Shown: in pieces, positions 38,040 through 49,142 of the stretch | Layout: each line of letters begins with the position of its first letter | Numbering within the stretch: position 1 is the first letter of the stretch | Source of the DNA: Bacteroidia bacterium | Lineage (GTDB): Bacteria > Bacteroidota > Bacteroidia > Bacteroidales > VadinHA17 | Length of the DNA stretch: 61,522 nucleotides | Direction: 5' to 3' | Assembly (NCBI GenBank): GCA_026391215.1 | Contig: JAPLDX010000081.1 | Coordinates: 1-61,522 of the forward strand | Position numbers and translations under genes: made by a program | Notes under the pieces: model-generated | The model's database searches: none | The model's input: the letters and a program-made list of their open reading frames with translations, nothing else | Told to the model about the DNA's origin: nothing

Positions 38040-38546
38040 TTAGTTGGTTTTGTATTTGAATTTAACCTTCTTCAGTTCTTCGTTTGCCTCAACAATCTTC
38101 TTTTTCAGACTTTCCCTGTACTTAATTACCTCTTTCATTACTTTTTCGTCACCGGTTCCGATTATCTGTGCTGCAAGTACACCTGCATTCTGGGCTGCAT
38201 TTATACCAACTGCAGCAACCGGAATTCCGGGAGGCATCTGTATGATGGAAAGCATTGAATCGAGTCCTTCCAGGGAGGTGTTTACAGGAATACCGATAAC
38301 CGGGAGATAAGTAAATGATGCAATCACCCCCGGGAGATGAGCAGCCATTCCTGCTCCTGCAATAATAACTTTAATGCCCTGTCCTGCAGCACCCCTGGCA
38401 AATTTCTCCACCTCTTCAGGGGTCCTGTGAGCCGAAAGCGCATTCATCTCGAAAGGTATTTTAAGATCGTTTAGTATCCGGGCTGCTGACTCCATTACAG
38501 GCAGGTCAGATGCGCTTCCCATTATGAGGCTTACCAGAGGTTTCAT
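38040..38546 (-). CDS. purE: N5-CAIR mutase
   Basis: IMGSASD, SAHRTP, AGMAAHLPG, QMPPGIPVA. Confidence 0.97.
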   Translation of the reverse strand: MKPLVSLIMGSASDLPVMESAARILNDLKIPFEMNALSAHRTPEEVEKFARGAAGQGIKVIIAGAGMAAHLPGVIASFTYLPVIGIPVNTSLEGLDSMLSIIQMPPGIPVAAVGINAAQNAGVLAAQIIGTGDEKVMKEVIKYRESLKKKIVEANEELKKVKFKYKTN

Positions 38547-38638
38547 ACTATTTATTTAAATTTAACTTCCTGATAAGGACAAAAATAAGCTATTATTTTC
38601 ATATTTTCGCTGCGGCTGGATATTCAATAATCATCTTT

Positions 38639-39175
38639 ATGAACGAAGTAAGAATTCTTGATAAGAAGTTCAGGGAGCTTATCTCTGAACAGGCAATTCG
38701 GAAAAGAATTGATGAGATTGCCTTACAGATCAACCGGGACTTCACCGGCAGCGAAGTTATCTTTGTTGGGATACTCAACGGGGCATTTATGTTTGCAGCC
38801 GACCTTTTCAGAAAAACAGAACTGAATGCCAGAATAACATTTGTGAAGCTTGCTTCCTACCAGGGTACAAGTTCAACAGGATCCATTAAAGAGCTTATAG
38901 GATGGAATGAAGACATGGTGAATAAGAAAGTCATTGTGGTGGAAGATATTGTTGACACTGGAGCAACATTGGAGCGTATTGTAAATGAGCTTGTTATCAG
39001 GAATGTCGCTGAGATCAAAATTGCCACAATGCTTCTTAAACCGACTGCATATAAACTGGACATACCGGTAAATTATGTCGGATTTGAGATCCCTAACAAT
39101 TTTGTCGTAGGTTATGGCCTTGATTATAATGGCTATGGACGTAATCTGCCATCTATTTATACACTTGTTAAATAA
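38639..39175 (+). CDS. hpt: Hypoxanthine phosphoribosyltransferase
   Basis: VEDIVDTG, FVVGYGLDY. Confidence 0.95.
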   Translation: MNEVRILDKKFRELISEQAIRKRIDEIALQINRDFTGSEVIFVGILNGAFMFAADLFRKTELNARITFVKLASYQGTSSTGSIKELIGWNEDMVNKKVIVVEDIVDTGATLERIVNELVIRNVAEIKIATMLLKPTAYKLDIPVNYVGFEIPNNFVVGYGLDYNGYGRNLPSIYTLVK

Positions 39176-39195
39176 TTCAAGCTTAATTTAATGCT

Positions 39196-39771
39196 ATGGT
39201 AAATTTTCTGATTTTTGGTCCTCCCGGATCTGGAAAAGGGACACAGTCAGTAAGACTGGCTGAGAAATTCAATCTTAAGCATCTTTCGACAGGCGATATG
39301 CTTCGTGCTGAGATAGCTGCAGGAACTGAACTTGGAAAGAAAATGAGTTCAATAATGTCGAAAGGTGAACTGGTGCCGGATGAAGTAGTAATTGAACTGA
39401 TAGCCAAAAAAATCGATTCAACAAAAGGAAGCGCCGGATTCCTTTTCGATGGATTTCCGCGCACTGTGGCACAGACTGTTGAACTCGAGAAAATGCTGAA
39501 TAAAAGAAAAATGAAAATTGACAGCATGCTCGTTCTTGAAGTGGACCACGATGAACTAGTAAAACGTCTGGTATTAAGAGCCGATCAATCAGGCCGGCCG
39601 GATGATAAAGATCCTAAAGTGATCGAAAACAGAATTGAGGTTTACAAGGAGAAAACCGAGCCTATAATTACTTACTGCCGTGAGAGAGGTATCTACCAGC
39701 CGGTCAATGGCATGGGAAGCATTGATGATATATTCAAAAGGCTCTCGAAACATATGAAAGAACTGATATAA
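39196..39771 (+). CDS. adk: Adenylate kinase (short lid)
   Basis: [28 protein letters not shown]. Confidence 0.96.
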   Translation: MVNFLIFGPPGSGKGTQSVRLAEKFNLKHLSTGDMLRAEIAAGTELGKKMSSIMSKGELVPDEVVIELIAKKIDSTKGSAGFLFDGFPRTVAQTVELEKMLNKRKMKIDSMLVLEVDHDELVKRLVLRADQSGRPDDKDPKVIENRIEVYKEKTEPIITYCRERGIYQPVNGMGSIDDIFKRLSKHMKELI

Positions 39772-40760
39772 TGTCTGGTTCCAATTTTGTTGACTATATA
39801 AAGATCTTCTGCCGTTCAGGTAAAGGAGGCGCCGGATCGGCACACCTTCGCAGGGAGAAGTTTATCCCGAAAGGCGGCCCTGACGGAGGCAATGGCGGAA
39901 GAGGCGGACATATTATCGTGAGGGGAAACGACCAGATGTGGACATTGCTTCATTTGAGATATGAACGCCATATTTTTGCAGAGAACGGGGAAAGGGGAAG
40001 CAAGCAACAATCTACAGGCGCTGATGGCAAGGATGTCATTATTGAGGTTCCGCTTGGTACTGTGGCGAAAACAGCTGATACGGATCAGGTCATTTTTGAG
40101 ATAACCATAAATGGCGAAGAAAAAATTCTGGCAAAAGGAGGAAGGGGTGGACTCGGGAATACGAATTTTAAATCCTCGACAAACCAGACTCCACGTTATG
40201 CCCAGCCGGGTGAGCAGGGAATTGAAGGCTATTACATATTGGAACTGAAAATTCTTGCTGATGTCGGACTTGTAGGTTTCCCCAATGCAGGCAAATCAAC
40301 ACTCCTTTCAGTGGTGTCAGCAGCAAAACCGAAAATCGCGGATTATCCTTTTACAACACTTACACCTAATCTCGGTATCGTCAGCTACAGGGAAGGTAAA
40401 TCTTTCGTGATGGCTGATATCCCGGGGATTATTGAGGGAGCCCATGAAGGGAAAGGGCTGGGTATCAGGTTTTTAAGACATATTGAGCGCAACTCAATTC
40501 TTCTGTTCATGGTTCCTGCCGATAGTAAAAATATAAGGGAAGAGTATGAAGTACTTGTCAGAGAGCTCAGGATGTACAACCCGGAACTACTCGATAAGAA
40601 ACGAGTGCTTGCGATTTCAAAATCAGACCTGCTTGATGAGGAGCTGATGGATGAAGTAAGAAAGGATCTTCCTGATCTGCAGAGGGTATTCATTTCATCA
40701 ATCACCGGACTGGGAATTACAACTCTTAAAGATATCCTGTGGAAAGCCCTTAACACTTAA
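39771..40760 (+). CDS. obgE: GTPase Obg
   Basis: Gly-rich Obg fold, [19 protein letters not shown]. Confidence 0.97.
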   Translation: MSGSNFVDYIKIFCRSGKGGAGSAHLRREKFIPKGGPDGGNGGRGGHIIVRGNDQMWTLLHLRYERHIFAENGERGSKQQSTGADGKDVIIEVPLGTVAKTADTDQVIFEITINGEEKILAKGGRGGLGNTNFKSSTNQTPRYAQPGEQGIEGYYILELKILADVGLVGFPNAGKSTLLSVVSAAKPKIADYPFTTLTPNLGIVSYREGKSFVMADIPGIIEGAHEGKGLGIRFLRHIERNSILLFMVPADSKNIREEYEVLVRELRMYNPELLDKKRVLAISKSDLLDEELMDEVRKDLPDLQRVFISSITGLGITTLKDILWKALNT

Positions 40761-40769
40761 TAAAATCTT

Positions 40770-41345
40770 ATGCTGGAACAACTGGATCAACAGCTTTTTC
40801 TCTTTTTGAATTCACTCAATTCACCTTTCTGGGATAAAGTAATGTATGCCATAAGCGGGAAGATCATATGGATACCGCTTTACGTGGCAATATTGATCTG
40901 GATCGGATATAAGTATAAAAAGAAATTTCCGGTTATTGTTGTCTTCATAATACTTGCAGCCACACTTGCCGACCAGGGCTCGGTCCAGCTTTTCAAAAAT
41001 GTGTTTCACCGGCTTCGTCCCTGTCATGAACCAGCGTTGCAGGGATTGGTACACCTGGTAAATAACGAATGCGGCGGGCTGTACGGATTTGTTTCTTCTC
41101 ATGCTGCAAATTCATTTAATGTAGCCCTGCTGAGCCTTATGTTCATCAAAGAGAGGTGGTACTCTGTCAGCATTATCCTATGGGCTGTGATAGTAGGATA
41201 CAGCAGGATCTACCTTGGCGTTCATTACCCTGGCGATGTTATCTGCGGTTCCCTTCTGGGAGCGCTTATAGGATGGGGTGTATATAAGTTGTACGAAATA
41301 ACCGACAGGAAGATACTTTTTAATGTTCCATATTTTAACAAATAA
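40770..41345 (+). CDS. PAP2 family phosphatase
   Basis: K..F.RLRP, SSHA, SRIYLGVHYPGD. Confidence 0.9.
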   Translation: MLEQLDQQLFLFLNSLNSPFWDKVMYAISGKIIWIPLYVAILIWIGYKYKKKFPVIVVFIILAATLADQGSVQLFKNVFHRLRPCHEPALQGLVHLVNNECGGLYGFVSSHAANSFNVALLSLMFIKERWYSVSIILWAVIVGYSRIYLGVHYPGDVICGSLLGALIGWGVYKLYEITDRKILFNVPYFNK

Positions 41346-41353
41346 TTCTGTCT

Positions 41354-42301
41354 ATGCTCTGCCTGGACATGAAAACCACAAATCCTTTCTTCAATCTTGC
41401 AGTTGATGAATATTTGCTTAAAAACAAAAAGGATGAATACCTGATACTCGGGATAAACAGCCCGGCGATAATTATCGGGAAGCACCAGGTGGCCCAGAGA
41501 GAAGCTGATACCAGGTTCGTTCATGAAAAAGGCATTCCGGTTATAAGGAGGATATCTGGCGGCGGCACAGTCTACCACGACTTCGGCAACCTTAATTTTA
41601 CTTTCATTCTGAACAGCGCTATAGGCAGGCAGGTTGATTTCAGGAAATATACTCTTCCTGTAATCGAATTCCTTGTCACAATGGGTGTTAAGGCTGAGTT
41701 TGAAGGCAAAAATGACCTGAAGGTCAATGGATTAAAAATATCAGGCAATGCGGAACACGTTTACCGCAACAGGGTCATGCACCACGGTACCCTTCTTTTC
41801 AGCACGCTGCTTGATGATTTACGGGTATCATTAAGGAAAGATAAGTCGTCCTATTCAACCCGTGCGGTTGAATCAAATCCTTCGCCTGTGATGAACCTTA
41901 AAGAGATTATCGGTCAGCTCAATAGCATAATTGATTTCAGGTCTGCAATGCTCGAATTTTTTCTGAAACGACAGGGAAATACTCTGACTGAGCTGACGGC
42001 TGAAGAGAGATCAAAGATCCAGGAACTGGAAAGATTAATATACCGGACATGGGGATGGAACTATGCATATGGTCCTGATTATTATTTCATTAACAAGTTT
42101 GAGCATAATGGGAAGCAGCATTTTTGCAGGTTATTTGTACAAGGAGGCATAATCAGGGAGTGTGAGATGGAGGGATCTGGTGAGATGATCGCTGCGGGGA
42201 GGAAACTTAAAGGATGCAGGCATATGGTCAAAGATCTGATTGAGGTATTTAAGCAGGAAAAAATCAATATAAGAGGTTCCCAGATTTATAAGTTCTTTTA
42301 A
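41354..42301 (+). CDS. lplA: Lipoate-protein ligase A
   Basis: RRISGGGTVYHD.GNLN, KISGNA, HHGTLL. Confidence 0.9.
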   Translation: MLCLDMKTTNPFFNLAVDEYLLKNKKDEYLILGINSPAIIIGKHQVAQREADTRFVHEKGIPVIRRISGGGTVYHDFGNLNFTFILNSAIGRQVDFRKYTLPVIEFLVTMGVKAEFEGKNDLKVNGLKISGNAEHVYRNRVMHHGTLLFSTLLDDLRVSLRKDKSSYSTRAVESNPSPVMNLKEIIGQLNSIIDFRSAMLEFFLKRQGNTLTELTAEERSKIQELERLIYRTWGWNYAYGPDYYFINKFEHNGKQHFCRLFVQGGIIRECEMEGSGEMIAAGRKLKGCRHMVKDLIEVFKQEKINIRGSQIYKFF

Positions 42302-42306
42302 TTGTT

Positions 42307-43053
42307 ATGGATATTCTGAAATCAATAGTTGTATGGCTGGTGGGGATAACATTTCTTGTAGTGTTTTTCCCGATAACATTTATTGTTTGGCTTCTTGTTC
42401 TGCCCTTTGACAGGGAACGCACAGTCACCCACTGGATGCTTATTTACCAGGCGGTTATAATATCCTATGTTGTGCCAATCTGGAAAATAAAAGTTGAAGG
42501 CAGGAAAAAAGCTGTCCCGGGAACAACTTACGTTATTATCTGCAATCACCAGTCAATTCTCGATATCTTGTTTGTCAATTGCCTTCGTTACCGTTTTAAG
42601 TGGATTTCAAAGATAGAGGTCATGAAAGTCCCGATACTTGGCTGGTATCTGAGAATGGCTGATTATATCGCTGTTGACAGGGGAGACAAGGAAAGCAAGG
42701 AGAAAATGATGTTAGATTCCTATGAGTGCCTTAAAAAAGGCATCTCGATAATGATCTTTCCGGAGGGTACACGGTCTCCTGACTGCGAAATAGCTTTTTT
42801 CAAGAGAGGCGCATTCCAGCTGGCACTTTCAACCAATACTCCTATCCTGCCGGTACTGATGGACGGCTCTGGCGGGGTTCTCCCCAAACATGGCCTCATA
42901 TTCGGCGGATTCCATAAAATAGCAATAAGAGTTCTCGATCCTGTGAAACCTGAAAATTTCGGGACGACAAATCATGATGAGCTGGCAATGCGATTCCAGA
43001 ACATGATGAAGAACGCTCTCAGTGAGCTCAGGAATGAAACATCCGGGAAATGA
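42307..43053 (+). CDS. plsC: 1-acyl-sn-glycerol-3-phosphate acyltransferase family
   Basis: NHQSILD, FPEGTRS, FKRGAF. Confidence 0.85.
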   Translation: MDILKSIVVWLVGITFLVVFFPITFIVWLLVLPFDRERTVTHWMLIYQAVIISYVVPIWKIKVEGRKKAVPGTTYVIICNHQSILDILFVNCLRYRFKWISKIEVMKVPILGWYLRMADYIAVDRGDKESKEKMMLDSYECLKKGISIMIFPEGTRSPDCEIAFFKRGAFQLALSTNTPILPVLMDGSGGVLPKHGLIFGGFHKIAIRVLDPVKPENFGTTNHDELAMRFQNMMKNALSELRNETSGK

Positions 43054-43826
43054 CACAAAGCACATCGTACCGTAGGATCCTTCACAAGATGGGGTATTAT
43101 GACTACCAGCACGGACTGATTTGTCGTCATCTTAAGCAGCAGGGCGGGTGGAACAGCCATCTGGAACGTTGCAGAAGCCTGATCCTGAAGGCTCTTGATA
43201 TCCATAAGCCTGACAGGGTAACGGTTCTTGGCAGCGGATGGCTGTTGGAGCTTCCCCTTGCCGAAATGATTGAAAGAACAGGGAAGGTAGTTCTAATCGA
43301 TATTATTCATCCGCCCGGGGTATACAGCCAGACTGCAGGAATGGACAGGATCAGCGTGGTAGAACAGGATGTCACCGGGGGATTGATTGAAGAGGTATGG
43401 GAGAAAGCAGGAAAGCGCACATTCCTGAACAGGCTACCGTCAATCAGTCAGATCATTATACCTGAATATCAGCCGGATGAAGATCCAGGGATGGTCATTT
43501 CCCTGAATATTCTTACACAGCTCGAGTTCCTGCCGCTCAAATTATTAAGGGCTAAGACAAAAACAACGGAATCAGAACTGCTCCGGTTGAGGGAAGAGAT
43601 ACAAAATAACCATATCCGATTCCTGATGAAGCACAGGTCAGTGCTTATTACTGATGTCGCCGAAATTTTTACTGAAGATTCCGGAAAAACTACAGAAGAA
43701 AAAACTGCATTGGTACAATTGCCTTCGGGAAAGGTTTCAGAAGAATGGATATGGGATTTTGATCTGATATCCTCCGATTATAATAAAAAGAGATCAGTAC
43801 TGAAGGTTTATGCTGTGATTTTCTGA
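43050..43826 (+). CDS. Hypothetical protein, possible SAM-dependent methyltransferase-like fold
   Basis: VTVLGSG, VVLIDI and DVTG spacing resembles class I MTase motifs; ATGA overlap with plsC. Confidence 0.5.
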   Translation: MTQSTSYRRILHKMGYYDYQHGLICRHLKQQGGWNSHLERCRSLILKALDIHKPDRVTVLGSGWLLELPLAEMIERTGKVVLIDIIHPPGVYSQTAGMDRISVVEQDVTGGLIEEVWEKAGKRTFLNRLPSISQIIIPEYQPDEDPGMVISLNILTQLEFLPLKLLRAKTKTTESELLRLREEIQNNHIRFLMKHRSVLITDVAEIFTEDSGKTTEEKTALVQLPSGKVSEEWIWDFDLISSDYNKKRSVLKVYAVIF

Positions 43827-43971
43827 CCGGCTTTTATCAACACTCCTGCATCTGATGTAATTATCATTCTATCAGCTAAATATTTTTTACACTGTCTTTT
43901 TGTCATCCCGGGCTTTGACAAAATAAGACTCATTGTTGAAAAATTGCCTTATTGTGACAACTCTATTTGAC

Positions 43972-43979
43972 TATATTTG
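43972..43979 (+). promoter_or_regulatory. -7 promoter box TATATTTG for parE-parC-aroK
   Basis: Exact TAnnTTTG match 17 nt upstream of the ATG. Confidence 0.6.
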
Positions 43980-43996
43980 CGCAAAAATTCTGAAAA

Positions 43997-45844
43997 ATGT
44001 CGGTTGTTGGATATTCTGAAGAACACATTAAAACCCTTGAATGGAGAGAACATATCCGGTTGAGACCTGGTATGTACATAGGAAAGCTGGGTGATGGTTC
44101 GTCACAGGATGATGGCATATATGTTCTGCTGAAAGAGGTGATGGATAATGCCGTCGATGAGTATATGATGGGCTTCGGCAAGAAGATTGATGTCTCGATA
44201 ATCGGCAAAGAAGTAAGAGTGCGCGACTATGGACGCGGTATTCCGCTAGGTAAAGTCATCGATGCCGTGGCAAAGATGAATACCGGGGCAAAATATGATT
44301 CAAAAGCATTTAAGAAATCTGTAGGTTTGAACGGTGTGGGAGTGAAGGCAGTAAATGCCCTCTCTTCAAAATTTGTAATCAGGTCAATTCGTGACGGGCA
44401 GATAAAGGTCACCGAGTTTGAACATGGAAATATATTAAAGGACCATCCGCAAAAGACCACTAATGAGGAAAACGGCGTTGAGGTGATCTTTCAGCCCGAT
44501 GAAGGAATGTTCGGCAATTATTTTTATATATCGGAATACGTTGATAATTTGTTGAAAAACTACGTATATCTTAACTCCGGACTTGTAATAAATTTCAACG
44601 GAAACAAATTCTTTTCCAGGAACGGCCTTGTTGACCTTCTGAATGAAAACATGAGCAAGGAGGGACTTTATCCCCTGATTCATCTGACAGGCGAAGACAT
44701 TGAGATCGCATTAACACACGGACTACAATACGGAGAAGATTACTACAGCTTCGTGAATGGTCAGCATACAACACAGGGAGGCACCCATCTCTCTTCATTT
44801 AAGGAAGCTGTTATCAAAACGATAAAGGAGTTTTACAAAAAGGATTATGATCCTGCTGACGTTCGTTCATCAATTATTGCAGCAGTAAGCGTAAAAATTG
44901 AGGAGCCGATATTTGAATCACAGACAAAAACAAAGCTGGGTTCGAAGGATATGGGACCGGAAGGACCATCTGTCAGGACATTCATTATGGATTTCATCAA
45001 GAAGCACCTCGATGATTATCTTCATAAAAATCCTGACACAGCAGAGATCCTGCTTAAAAAAATTCAGGATTCAGAAAAGGAGAGGAAAGCTATTTCATCG
45101 ATACAGAAGCTGGCAAGGGAGAGAGCTAAAAAGGTGAGTCTCCATAATAAGAAGCTGAGAGACTGCAGGATACATTATAATACGAATGATGCCGATAAGC
45201 TTGATTCAACAATTTTCATTACCGAGGGCGATTCAGCAAGCGGCTCAATAACCAAATCCAGAAATGTCGAGACACAGGCAGTTTTCAGTCTTCGCGGCAA
45301 GCCTCTCAACTCATTCGGACTCACAAAGAAAATAGTTTACGAAAACGAAGAATTTAATCTTCTTCAGGCAGCACTGAATATCGAGGATGGCATTGAAAAC
45401 TTGCGTTACAATAATGTGGTGGTAGCCACAGATGCTGATGTTGATGGCATGCATATCAGGTTGCTGCTTCTTACCTTTTTCCTGCAATTCTTTCCCGACC
45501 TTGTAAGGAAAGGGCATGTCTATATACTTCAAACTCCTTTGTTCAGGGTAAGAAATAAGAAAGAAACCAGATACTGCTATTCTCCTGAAGAAAAAAATAA
45601 AGCGATAGCTGCGCTCGGACCAAATCCGGAGATAACAAGATTCAAGGGGCTTGGAGAAATATCTCCGGATGAATTCATACATTTCATAGGTAAAGACATG
45701 CGGCTTGAACCCGTAAGAATGAGAAAAACTGATACAGTGAATGGTTATCTTGAGTTTTATATGGGGAAGAATACTCCTGAAAGACAGGATTTTATAATTG
45801 ATAATTTGAGAATCGAGGAAGATAAAATCGAGGAAGAAATCTGA
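43997..45844 (+). CDS. parE: DNA topoisomerase IV subunit B
   Basis: [41 protein letters not shown]. Confidence 0.92.
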   Translation: MSVVGYSEEHIKTLEWREHIRLRPGMYIGKLGDGSSQDDGIYVLLKEVMDNAVDEYMMGFGKKIDVSIIGKEVRVRDYGRGIPLGKVIDAVAKMNTGAKYDSKAFKKSVGLNGVGVKAVNALSSKFVIRSIRDGQIKVTEFEHGNILKDHPQKTTNEENGVEVIFQPDEGMFGNYFYISEYVDNLLKNYVYLNSGLVINFNGNKFFSRNGLVDLLNENMSKEGLYPLIHLTGEDIEIALTHGLQYGEDYYSFVNGQHTTQGGTHLSSFKEAVIKTIKEFYKKDYDPADVRSSIIAAVSVKIEEPIFESQTKTKLGSKDMGPEGPSVRTFIMDFIKKHLDDYLHKNPDTAEILLKKIQDSEKERKAISSIQKLARERAKKVSLHNKKLRDCRIHYNTNDADKLDSTIFITEGDSASGSITKSRNVETQAVFSLRGKPLNSFGLTKKIVYENEEFNLLQAALNIEDGIENLRYNNVVVATDADVDGMHIRLLLLTFFLQFFPDLVRKGHVYILQTPLFRVRNKKETRYCYSPEEKNKAIAALGPNPEITRFKGLGEISPDEFIHFIGKDMRLEPVRMRKTDTVNGYLEFYMGKNTPERQDFIIDNLRIEEDKIEEEI

Positions 45845-45866
45845 CAGATTTCCGTGAAGGTATGAT

Positions 45867-48482
45867 ATGTCTATGGAAGAAATGGATCTTGATATTGACG
45901 GAATTGAAGGTGGAGACAATGTAAAGGAAGGTCCGGCGGCCCTTCATACTGTAACCGCACTCTCAGGGATGTACCAGGACTGGTTCCTGGATTATGCTTC
46001 TTATGTTATTCTTGAACGTGCGGTTCCTGATCTTTTTGACGGACTTAAGCCAGTTCAGAGGCGCATCCTTCATTCAATGAAGCGGATGGATGATGGACGT
46101 TTCAGTAAAGTTGCCAATATAATCGGACATACAATGCAGTTCCACCCTCACGGAGATGCATCAATAGGAGATGCACTGGTGCAGTTGGGACAAAAGGAAC
46201 TCCTTATTGATACGCAGGGAAACTGGGGCAATGTTCTTACAGGTGACGGTGCAGCCGCACCAAGATATATAGAGGCCCGGCTTTCAAAGTTTGCTCATGA
46301 TGTGGTATTCAATCCGAAAACTACTGAATGGAAGCTTTCATATGACGGGAGGAACAAGGAACCTGTGACATTGCCTGTCAAATTTCCTCTGCTCCTCGCA
46401 ATGGGAGTTGAGGGAATTGCCGTAGGCCTTGCTTCAAAAATACTGCCTCATAATTTCATTGAACTGATTGATGCAACTATCAATTATCTGCAGGGCAAGG
46501 AATTTGAAATTTATCCCGATTTCCCGACAGGCGGGATGATCGACGTTTCCAGATATAATGACGGACAGAGGGGCGGCGTGGTGAAAGTAAGGGCAAAAAT
46601 TGAGAAGATCGACAAAAAGGCACTTGTCATAACTGAAATACCTTTTGGTAAAACAACCACCTCCCTCATTGAATCCATTATCAAGGCAAATGAGAAAGGG
46701 AAGATAAAGATCCGGAAGATTGACGATAATACTTCGGCAAAAGTGGAGATCGTGGTTCATCTTTTGCCGGGCGTATCACCCGATAAGACCATCGACGCTC
46801 TCTATGCGCTGACAGATTGCGAATATTCCATCTCTCCAAATACCTGCGTCATTACCGGCAAGAAGCCATCATTCATGGGAGTAAGCACTATCCTGAAACA
46901 TTCTGCCGACAGAACGGTTGAAATGCTGAAGGCTGAACTTGAGATAAGGAAGCGTGAATTGCAGGAAGAGTGGCATATGTCATCACTCGAAAAGATCTTC
47001 ATTGAGAAAAAGATCTATCGTGATATTGAAGAGTGTGAAACATGGGAAGCAGTGATTGAAGCTATTGACAACGGTCTTAAGCCCTACAAAAAGAAATTAT
47101 TGAGGGAAGTCACAAAAGAAGATATAATCAAGCTCACCGAAATTAAAATCAAGAGGATATCAAAGTACGATGCTAAAAAGGCCAATGAGCTTATCAAGGG
47201 AATTGAAGCAGAGCTGGAAGAGGTGAAGAATCATCTTAGTAATATTGTGCCTTTTACCATCAATTATTTCAAGCAGATTAAGAAAAAATATGCAAAGGGC
47301 AGGGAAAGGAAGACAGAGATCAGGGGCTTTGATACCATCCAGGCAACCAAGGTTATTGCAAACAATGCAAAACTATATATAAACTACAAGGAAGGATTCA
47401 TAGGAACAGGTCTGAAAAAGGATGAATTCGTATGTGATTGTTCCGATATAGATGATGTACTGATTATAAGGAAAGATGGTATTTATCTTATCACCAGGGT
47501 TGCTGACAAAGTATTTGTAGGGAATGACATTCTCTATGCACAGGTGTTCCTTAAAAATGATGAGCGAACAATATATAACATTGTTTACCAGGATGGCAAG
47601 GATGGACCTCTGCTTGCAAAACGCTGTGCAATAACAGGTTTGACGCGCGACAAGGAATATAATATCACAAGAGGCACCCCCGGCTCCAAAATTGTATATT
47701 TCAGCGCCAACCCCAATGGTGAAGCAGAAGTAATAAAGGTTCACCATAAGCCAAAAGCACGTCTGAAAAAACTCATTTTTGAATTTGATTTCGGACAGCT
47801 TAATATCAAAGGAAAGTCCTCAATGGGGAATATCCTGACGAAGAATGCTGTTCATAAAATAGCCCTTCAGGAGAAAGGACTTTCAACACTCGGAGGAAGG
47901 AAAATATGGTTCGATGATTCCGTTTTCAGGCTTAATGATGATAACAGGGGAAATTACCTTGGAGAATTCAGCGCTGATGACAAGATACTTATAATTACAA
48001 AAAGCGGATTCTTCAGACTTACTAGTTTTGACCTGTCAAATCATTTTGAGGAAAATATACTTGTGATTGAGAAATTCAGGCCGGGAAAGGTATATTCTGC
48101 CGTGTACTGGGATGCAGAGCAGAAGTTTTATTACCTCAAAAGATTCATGATTGAGGAATCGGAAAAACCGCTTTGCTTCATAAATGAAGATCCGGAATCC
48201 AGGCTCGTAAGCATCACAGAAGTTGAATATCCTCGATTGGAGATCCATTTCGGAGGCAAGCACAAAAGCCGTGATGCCGAGATCATAGAAGTTGCTGAAT
48301 TCATTGGAGTGAAGAGTTTTAAGGCCAAAGGTAAAAGGCTTACAAGCTTCACTGTTGAAAATATCCAGGAAATTCAACCTGTGGTAAAGAAAGAGAGCGC
48401 ACCGGCAGAACCGGGAACAGATGATGAAGAACCCTCTGCTTCAACACATGAAGATCCTGCCCAGATGAAGCTTGAATTATGA
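45867..48482 (+). CDS. parC: DNA topoisomerase IV subunit A
   Basis: DGLKPVQRR, HPHGD, AAPRY; follows parE. Confidence 0.92.
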   Translation: MSMEEMDLDIDGIEGGDNVKEGPAALHTVTALSGMYQDWFLDYASYVILERAVPDLFDGLKPVQRRILHSMKRMDDGRFSKVANIIGHTMQFHPHGDASIGDALVQLGQKELLIDTQGNWGNVLTGDGAAAPRYIEARLSKFAHDVVFNPKTTEWKLSYDGRNKEPVTLPVKFPLLLAMGVEGIAVGLASKILPHNFIELIDATINYLQGKEFEIYPDFPTGGMIDVSRYNDGQRGGVVKVRAKIEKIDKKALVITEIPFGKTTTSLIESIIKANEKGKIKIRKIDDNTSAKVEIVVHLLPGVSPDKTIDALYALTDCEYSISPNTCVITGKKPSFMGVSTILKHSADRTVEMLKAELEIRKRELQEEWHMSSLEKIFIEKKIYRDIEECETWEAVIEAIDNGLKPYKKKLLREVTKEDIIKLTEIKIKRISKYDAKKANELIKGIEAELEEVKNHLSNIVPFTINYFKQIKKKYAKGRERKTEIRGFDTIQATKVIANNAKLYINYKEGFIGTGLKKDEFVCDCSDIDDVLIIRKDGIYLITRVADKVFVGNDILYAQVFLKNDERTIYNIVYQDGKDGPLLAKRCAITGLTRDKEYNITRGTPGSKIVYFSANPNGEAEVIKVHHKPKARLKKLIFEFDFGQLNIKGKSSMGNILTKNAVHKIALQEKGLSTLGGRKIWFDDSVFRLNDDNRGNYLGEFSADDKILIITKSGFFRLTSFDLSNHFEENILVIEKFRPGKVYSAVYWDAEQKFYYLKRFMIEESEKPLCFINEDPESRLVSITEVEYPRLEIHFGGKHKSRDAEIIEVAEFIGVKSFKAKGKRLTSFTVENIQEIQPVVKKESAPAEPGTDDEEPSASTHEDPAQMKLEL

Positions 48483-49006
48483 TGTCCAAAAACAACCTGA
48501 TATATATTATAGGTTTTATGGGTAGCGGGAAATCAACCGCAGGGAAAAGACTTGCTTCATCGCTGGGATGGTCATTCATTGACCTTGACCGGAAAATAGA
48601 GGAGAGGGCAGGAAAGACAATTCCGCAGATCTTTTCACAGGATGGCGAAGATCATTTCCGTGCTGTTGAAGCCGATGTCCTTAAAAGCATGGGCTCACTG
48701 TTTGAGACAGTAATATCAACAGGTGGTGGTACTCCATGTCATGGTGACAATATGGAGTATATGCTTAAAACAGGATTGACAGTTTACCTGAAATTGACAC
48801 CGGAACAGCTTACAAGACGGCTTCTTAATTCAACTGGTGAAAGACCGTTGCTGAAAAATGTCCCGGATGACAAGCTGCCTCTCTTTATTGAAGAAAAACT
48901 AGCTTTTCGTGAAAAATGGTACAGCAAGGCTGATATAATTCTTGAAGGAATTGATCTGGATACAAGCATTTTATGCTCAAGAATAAAAGCCAGCCAATCA
49001 AGTTGA
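48479..49006 (+). CDS. aroK: Shikimate kinase
   Basis: GFMGSGKST, DLD, GE..FR, STGGG, RPLL. Confidence 0.95.
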   Translation: MMSKNNLIYIIGFMGSGKSTAGKRLASSLGWSFIDLDRKIEERAGKTIPQIFSQDGEDHFRAVEADVLKSMGSLFETVISTGGGTPCHGDNMEYMLKTGLTVYLKLTPEQLTRRLLNSTGERPLLKNVPDDKLPLFIEEKLAFREKWYSKADIILEGIDLDTSILCSRIKASQSS

Positions 49007-49142
49007 AATTTTCCTATCCCGTTTTTTTCTTATTATTTAACGGACTTCTTTTTCTGTTAGTTCGAAAAAAACTGAATTGAAGACATGTTAAATGATATTA
49101 ATTGCTAACTTTATTGTGATTAAATAAAAACGGAATAATTTT

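Noticed and set aside
30195-42301. Co-occurrence of lipA/lipB and lplA
   Set aside because: Having both de novo and salvage lipoylation is ordinary
43997-48482. gyrB/gyrA assignment
   Set aside because: The short B subunit and divergent A subunit fit Bacteroidota topoisomerase IV better
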